NCBI GenBank assembly: GCA_964035545.1
Contig: OZ037774.1
Location: 1-15,248, forward strand
From: Bugula neritina
Taxonomy: Eukaryota > Animalia > Bryozoa
DNA: 15,248 nucleotides
Direction: 5' to 3'
Shown: one piece after another, positions 10,110-15,248 of the stretch
Numbering within the stretch: the stretch's first letter is position 1
Layout of the letters: each line of letters begins with the position of its first letter
Position numbers and translations under genes: made by a program
The notes under the pieces: model-generated
Database searches by the model: none
Seen by the model: the letters and a program-made list of their open reading frames with translations, nothing else
What the model was told of the DNA's origin: nothing

Positions 10110-11368
10110 AAATTTTAACATAAAAACTTTTTGTTACCTTAAACATAAATTATATTTAGTATAGAAGATAGAACAAAAACAAAACACAACACACCGATAG
10201 GGAATAACAAAAAAAACTAAGCTAAGATAAAACCTTCTACCTTGTGTATCATAATCTACCTAACTAAAAAATCAATTTTATAAACCCGAAAGTAGAGTGA
10301 GCTATTTTTATTTAGTTAAGAACACAAAAAAATAATGTAACAAAATTATTTTTAAAAATAAAAATAGAGATGAAATGTCATTCGCACCTACAGATAGCTG
10401 GTTACTTTTTAAACACATACAAGTGTGACTCCTAAAAATGGAGAGTACTAATTTTGGGAAAAGCTAAAATTAGAAAAAGAATTATCTAACTTAATATAAT
10501 AACAAATCATACTAGGACTAAAAATACCCAAGATAAAAAACCTCTTAATTTGGTAAATAAAATACATACATAATTCTAGTTTAAATAATCTTACTCCACA
10601 ATAAAAAGTTATTAGAAAAAACAAAAAATTCTTAACAAAAATGGTTGAATAAGTAAAACAATTTTTTAACATTCCAAATAATATCAAAATGCCTAAAGGA
10701 ACTCGGCAAACCTAAGCAACGACTGTTTAACAAAAACATAGCTTCTTGAAACCATAAGAAGTTCTATCTGCCCGGTGACCAATGTTTAACGGCCGCGACT
10801 AAGTGCTAAGGTAGCATAATAATTTGTCTTTTTATTGGAGACTAGAATGAAAGAAGATAACGAGGCTTAACTGTCTCCAAGCATACTATTAAAATTGATT
10901 TAGAAGTGAAAAATCTCCTATAACAGTGAAGGACGAAAAGACCCTGTAGAGTTTGTAGTGAAATTAATAAAATAATAAATTCACTTTTATTGGGGCAATA
11001 AAAGATCAAATTTAAACTCTTTTAAAAAAATTTTTGATATATCAAAAGAAAACAGATCCTCAAAGAGAAAAAAGAAAAACTACCTCAGGGATAACAGCGT
11101 AATTCTTCCAGAGAGATCTAATTGAAGGAATGAGTTTGCGACCTCGATGTTGGACTAAGGTAACTTTTAAATGCAGAAGTTTATTAAAGTAAGCCTGTTC
11201 GGCTTTTAATACCTTACATGATCTGAGTTCAGGTCGGCGTAAGCTAGTCCGGTTTCTATCCTCACTAAGAAAATTTTTTTTAATTACGAAAGGAACAAAA
11301 AAAAAGAATAATTCTTTTACAAAAAATAAAATAACAACAAAAATAAACCACCATATCAAAACACACCA
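10110..11368 (+). rRNA. rrnL: Mitochondrial large-subunit (16S) rRNA; ends set by flanking tRNAs
   Basis: LSU motifs GGAACTCGGCAAA, GACTGTTTAACAAAAACAT, GCTAAGGTAGCATAAT, GACGAAAAGACCCT, CAGGGATAACAGCGTAAT, GACCTCGATGTTGGA, ACATGATCTGAGTTCAG. Confidence 0.93.
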
Positions 11369-11433
11369 ACCCTATTAATATAAAACATTATATTTACCTT
11401 CCAAGTAAAAAATCTAAAACTTTAGATAGGGTA
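11369..11433 (+). tRNA. trnG: tRNA-Gly (TCC)
   Basis: Acceptor ACCCTAT/ATAGGGT, AT-rich D-arm, anticodon stem TTTAC/GTAAA with loop CT-TCC-AA, T-stem CTAA/TTAG. Confidence 0.92.
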
Positions 11434-11447
11434 AATCATAACTAAAG

Positions 11448-11505
11448 TATAATGAAACCCACTCTTTTACAAAGAGCACACAGGTTATTATATAACCCAT
11501 TATAA
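11448..11505 (+). tRNA. trnV: tRNA-Val (TAC), D-armless
   Basis: Acceptor TATAATG/CATTATA, unpaired AAACCC, anticodon stem (A)CTCT/AGAG(C) with loop TT-TAC-AA, T-stem GGTTA/TAACC. Confidence 0.87.
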
Positions 11506-11523
11506 ATCAATCATCAAAGTCTC

Positions 11524-11593
11524 CAGAAAATAGTTTAAACAAAACTCTATCTTTGGAAGATAGTAATCGAGATACCTCTAACTCGTTTTCTGA
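11524..11593 (+). tRNA. trnP: tRNA-Pro (TGG)
   Basis: Acceptor CAGAAAA/TTTTCTG, D-stem GTTT/AAAC, anticodon stem CTATC/GATAG with loop TT-TGG-AA, T-stem CGAG/CTCG. Confidence 0.95.
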
Positions 11594-11626
11594 AACACTT
11601 ACAATCTTAATTAAACTTGACCTCAA

Positions 11627-11687
11627 AATAAGGAAGACAAAAGATTTAAAATCTTTTAAGTACATAATACACAAATGTACCTTATTA
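11627..11687 (+). tRNA. trnL2: tRNA-Leu2 (TAA, UUR), D-armless
   Basis: Acceptor AATAAGG/CCTTATT, unpaired AAGACA, anticodon stem AAAGA/TCTTT with loop TT-TAA-AA, T-stem TACAT/ATGTA. Confidence 0.88.
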
Positions 11688-11720
11688 CTTTTTACAAATT
11701 TTGTTAACAAAATTGAGTTT

Positions 11721-11784
11721 AATTGAGTAAGCTAAATCTAAGCTGTAAGGCTCATAACCTTAAAATGGAACTTCCCCTCAATTA
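11721..11784 (+). tRNA. trnM: tRNA-Met (CAT)
   Basis: Acceptor AATTGAG/CTCAATT, D-stem AGCT/AGCT, anticodon stem TAAGG/CCTTA with loop CT-CAT-AA, short T-arm. Confidence 0.94.
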
Positions 11785-11850
11785 ACACTAAATCACATAT
11801 GTGAATTAAGCTGATACCTTAAAAGAAAAGAATTACTACTTTTAGTGTTA
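11784..11850 (+). tRNA. trnI: tRNA-Ile (GAT)
   Basis: Acceptor AACACTA/TAGTGTT, D-stem TCAC/GTGA, anticodon stem TTAAG/CTTAA with loop CT-GAT-AC, T-stem AAAG/CTTT. Confidence 0.92.
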
Positions 11851-11888
11851 AGATCTTTTATCTCTCAATTAAATGAAGTTCATCAAAA

Positions 11889-11956
11889 AAAAAGGTAATT
11901 AAAAAATAATTTTAGTTTGTCAAACTAAGTTTGCGTTTTCAATTACGCCCTTTTTA
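11889..11956 (+). tRNA. trnD: tRNA-Asp (GTC)
   Basis: Acceptor AAAAAGG/CCTTTTT, AT-rich D-arm, anticodon stem TTAGT/ACTAA with loop TT-GTC-AA, T-stem GCGT/ACGC. Confidence 0.93.
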
Positions 11957-11960
11957 ACAG

Positions 11961-12020
11961 GGCTTTTCAATACATTTAGATTTGAACTCTAAAAATGGGG
12001 ATGCACATCCCCAAAAGCCT
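11961..12020 (+). tRNA. trnS2: tRNA-Ser2 (TGA, UCN), D-armless
   Basis: Acceptor GGCTTTT/AAAAGCC, unpaired CAATACAT, anticodon stem TTAGA/TCTAA with loop TT-TGA-AC, T-stem GGGGA/TCCCC. Confidence 0.9.
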
Positions 12021-12491
12021 ATGAATTTAAGAAATTTAGTTTATATAATATCTTTACTTATTTTAATCACCCCCTTAATAGAAAGCATTATTACATTAGG
12101 AGGCATAATAATTCTCGCCCCGTTACTTAGGACAATTATTATTGCAAAAATGATTAACTCGTGATTTGCAATAATCTTATTTTTAATTTATATTAGCGGC
12201 TTATTAGTACTTTTTGGCTACATAATAGCTATAAGCCCCAACCCTAAAAGGTTTAACAAAAAGCTAATAATTTATATTATCTTAGGATTTAGAATATGTT
12301 TTTTTCAAAACAAAAAAATCTTTTTTTTTCCCAAAAGCAACCTTAATTATGAAAACGAAGTCTTTTTCCTTTTTCAAAAGTTTAATTTACCCGTATATTG
12401 ATTAATAACTATCATCTTACTTATTACTTTAGTAATAGTGGTGTATATTTGTTTTAAATCACAAAAACCATTACGTCCTTTTTTAACATAA
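12021..12491 (+). CDS. nad6: NADH dehydrogenase subunit 6 (156 aa)
   Basis: ATG abuts trnS2; SWFAMILFLIYISGLLVLFGYMMAMSPN and C-terminal KPLRPF, TAA stop. Confidence 0.93.
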
Positions 12492-12556
12492 AAATTTTCT
12501 ATTTATTTATATTATTATATATTTTACAACTCCTATATATTACATATAAACTCCCC

Positions 12557-12579
12557 CTTCTTCTTCTCTTCTTCTTCTT
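12557..12579 (+). repeat. Interrupted (CTT)n microsatellite in the nad6-cox1 spacer
   Basis: CTTCTTCTT-CT-CTTCTTCTTCTT read directly, preceded by CTCCCC. Confidence 0.8.
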
Positions 12580-12602
12580 AAATTTCGTAATTCTTTCTTT
12601 TT

Positions 12603-14138
<1,536 letters not shown>

Positions 14139-14148
14139 AATTTCTATT

Positions 14149-14274
14149 ATGCCTCACCTAAGCCCTTTAAACTGAAACATAATCTACTTCATTATTTGAT
14201 CTTTAGTGTTATCAAACATAATTTCTTTAGAAACATTCAACCCAATATTAACCAACTTGCCTAACAAAATTTAA
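14149..14274 (+). CDS. atp8: ATP synthase F0 subunit 8 (41 aa)
   Basis: MPHLSPLNWNMIYFIIWSLVLSNMISLETFNPMLTNLPNKI-stop; MP(Q/H)L-type N-terminus followed by one hydrophobic stretch. Confidence 0.88.
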
Positions 14275-14280
14275 AAATAA

Positions 14281-14346
14281 GTAAATAAAGCTTTGAAGAA
14301 GCAACAGATTTGTAATCTGAAGATCATGTAAACATATGTATTTACT
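14281..14346 (+). tRNA. trnT: tRNA-Thr (TGT)
   Basis: Acceptor GTAAATA/TATTTAC, D-stem GCTT/AAGC, anticodon stem CAGA/TCTG with loop TT-TGT-AA, T-stem CAT/ATG. Confidence 0.92.
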
Positions 14347-14359
14347 TTTAAATACTTTA

Positions 14360-14426
14360 AGATGGTTAATACATAAATAAGTATATTTGATTTCGAATCA
14401 AAAAGAGTTTAACTTAACATCATCTT
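14360..14426 (+). tRNA. trnR: tRNA-Arg (TCG)
   Basis: Acceptor AGATGGT/ATCATCT, D-stem ATAC/GTAT, anticodon stem TTTGA/TCAAA with loop TT-TCG-AA, T-stem GTT/AAC. Confidence 0.92.
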
Positions 14427-14428
14427 AA

Positions 14429-14486
14429 GCGTGGGAAATAACTATGGCTGTAAACCGTAAAATGGGTAATTAAAACCCCCAACGTA
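14429..14486 (+). tRNA. trnY: tRNA-Tyr (GTA), D-armless
   Basis: Acceptor GCGTGGG/CCAACGT (one G-A mismatch), unpaired AAATAAC, anticodon stem TATGG/CCGTA with loop CT-GTA-AA, T-stem GGGT/ACCC. Confidence 0.88.
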
Positions 14487-14495
14487 ATGTAATTC

Positions 14496-14552
14496 TCTAA
14501 AACATATAATAAAACTTTGAATTTTATTAAGGGATTAAACTCCCTTTTAGAT
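14496..14552 (+). tRNA. trnQ: tRNA-Gln (TTG), D-armless
   Basis: Acceptor TCTAAAA/TTTTAGA, unpaired CATATAA, anticodon stem TAAAA/TTTTA with loop CT-TTG-AA, T-stem GGGA/TCCC. Confidence 0.88.
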
Positions 14553-14553
14553 C

Positions 14554-15243
14554 ATGGCAATAGACATTTTTTCCACATTTGACGACCATAACAAGGTACT
14601 TATTGACGCTTATATACTTATTTGAATCACACTTATTACACTTTGTGTGCTGTTAATAAAAAAAATATGATTTACTAGCTCTAAACTTTCTTTTTTCAAC
14701 ACAATAAAATCTGTTGTCTCAGAATTAGTTGCACGAAGAAATATAAAAACAATACTGGGCTCTTCTTCCTTAATAACAGCTATTATAACCACAGTTTTAA
14801 CACTTAACCTATTTGGATTAACACCTTATACTTTTAGAGCCACTAGACATTTAGTAATCAATCTTAGACTAGCCTTAATTTTATGATTGCATATTTTGAT
14901 AAAAAGAATAAGATTTAACTTATCAGAATTTTTAGCTCACCTTCAGCCTTTGGGCGCACCTGCAATAATTAGTCCTTTTTTATGCCTTATTGAGTTAGTG
15001 AGGCTCATAGTACGCCCTTTAACATTAGCTGTTCGATTAACCGCAAACTTAAGAACCGGGCACATTCTAATAAGACTCTTAGGAACAGGAATAGTTAGAT
15101 CACCTTTACCAGTAAGAATTTTATTAATAGCACTTGGATCTGCTTATTGCATATTCGAAATAGGAGTTTGTTTTGTACAAGCCTACATTTTTTCTTTGTT
15201 ACCCACACTATACGCTGACGAACACCCAGATAAAATTATTTAA
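14554..15243 (+). CDS. atp6: ATP synthase F0 subunit 6 (229 aa)
   Basis: MAMDIFSTFD start, NLFGLTPYTFSATSH, LAHLQPLGAP, RPLTLAVRLTANLSTGH, FEMGVCFVQAYIF, YADEH; TAA stop. Confidence 0.96.
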
Positions 15244-15248
15244 TTATA

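Noticed and set aside
10448-11710. Minus-strand ORFs over rrnL and the tRNA cluster
   Set aside because: Low-complexity Phe/Leu-rich translations of A-rich structural RNA genes; no protein signature.
11712-11728. Short direct repeat AATTGAGT just before and at the start of trnM
   Set aside because: An 8-bp slippage-type duplication with no evidence of function.
2083-11992. Identical anticodon stem TTAGA/TCTAA in trnC, trnK, trnL1 and trnS2
   Set aside because: Only 5 bp in an AT-rich genome, and their acceptor and T-stems are unrelated; insufficient to claim common origin.

Overview
This window is a complete, AT-rich animal mitochondrial genome (about 15.25 kb, apparently circular, with atp6 closing onto trnF at position 1). 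It uses the invertebrate mitochondrial code (table 5: TGA=Trp, AGR=Ser, ATA=Met), so the supplied standard-code ORF track fragments the genes. I located all 37 canonical genes by hand: 13 proteins, 2 rRNAs and 22 tRNAs. The order is F-nad3-nad2-cox2-C-S1-cob-nad4L-nad4-H-nad5-nad1-cox3-W-(A, minus strand)-K-E-rrnS-N-L1-rrnL-G-V-P-L2-M-I-D-S2-nad6-cox1-atp8-T-R-Y-Q-atp6. Gene order, the short MPHL-type atp8 and the many D-armless tRNAs suggest a lophotrochozoan, most likely a cheilostome bryozoan; this is inference, not a database result. I found no mobile element, intron or extra gene. Points of interest: 9 of 22 tRNAs lack the D-arm, in a pattern that tracks synthetase identity; a single gene (trnA) lies on the opposite strand; the two Leu tRNAs are near-paralogous; eight protein-gene junctions have no tRNA punctuation, some sharing motifs; and there is no large control region.
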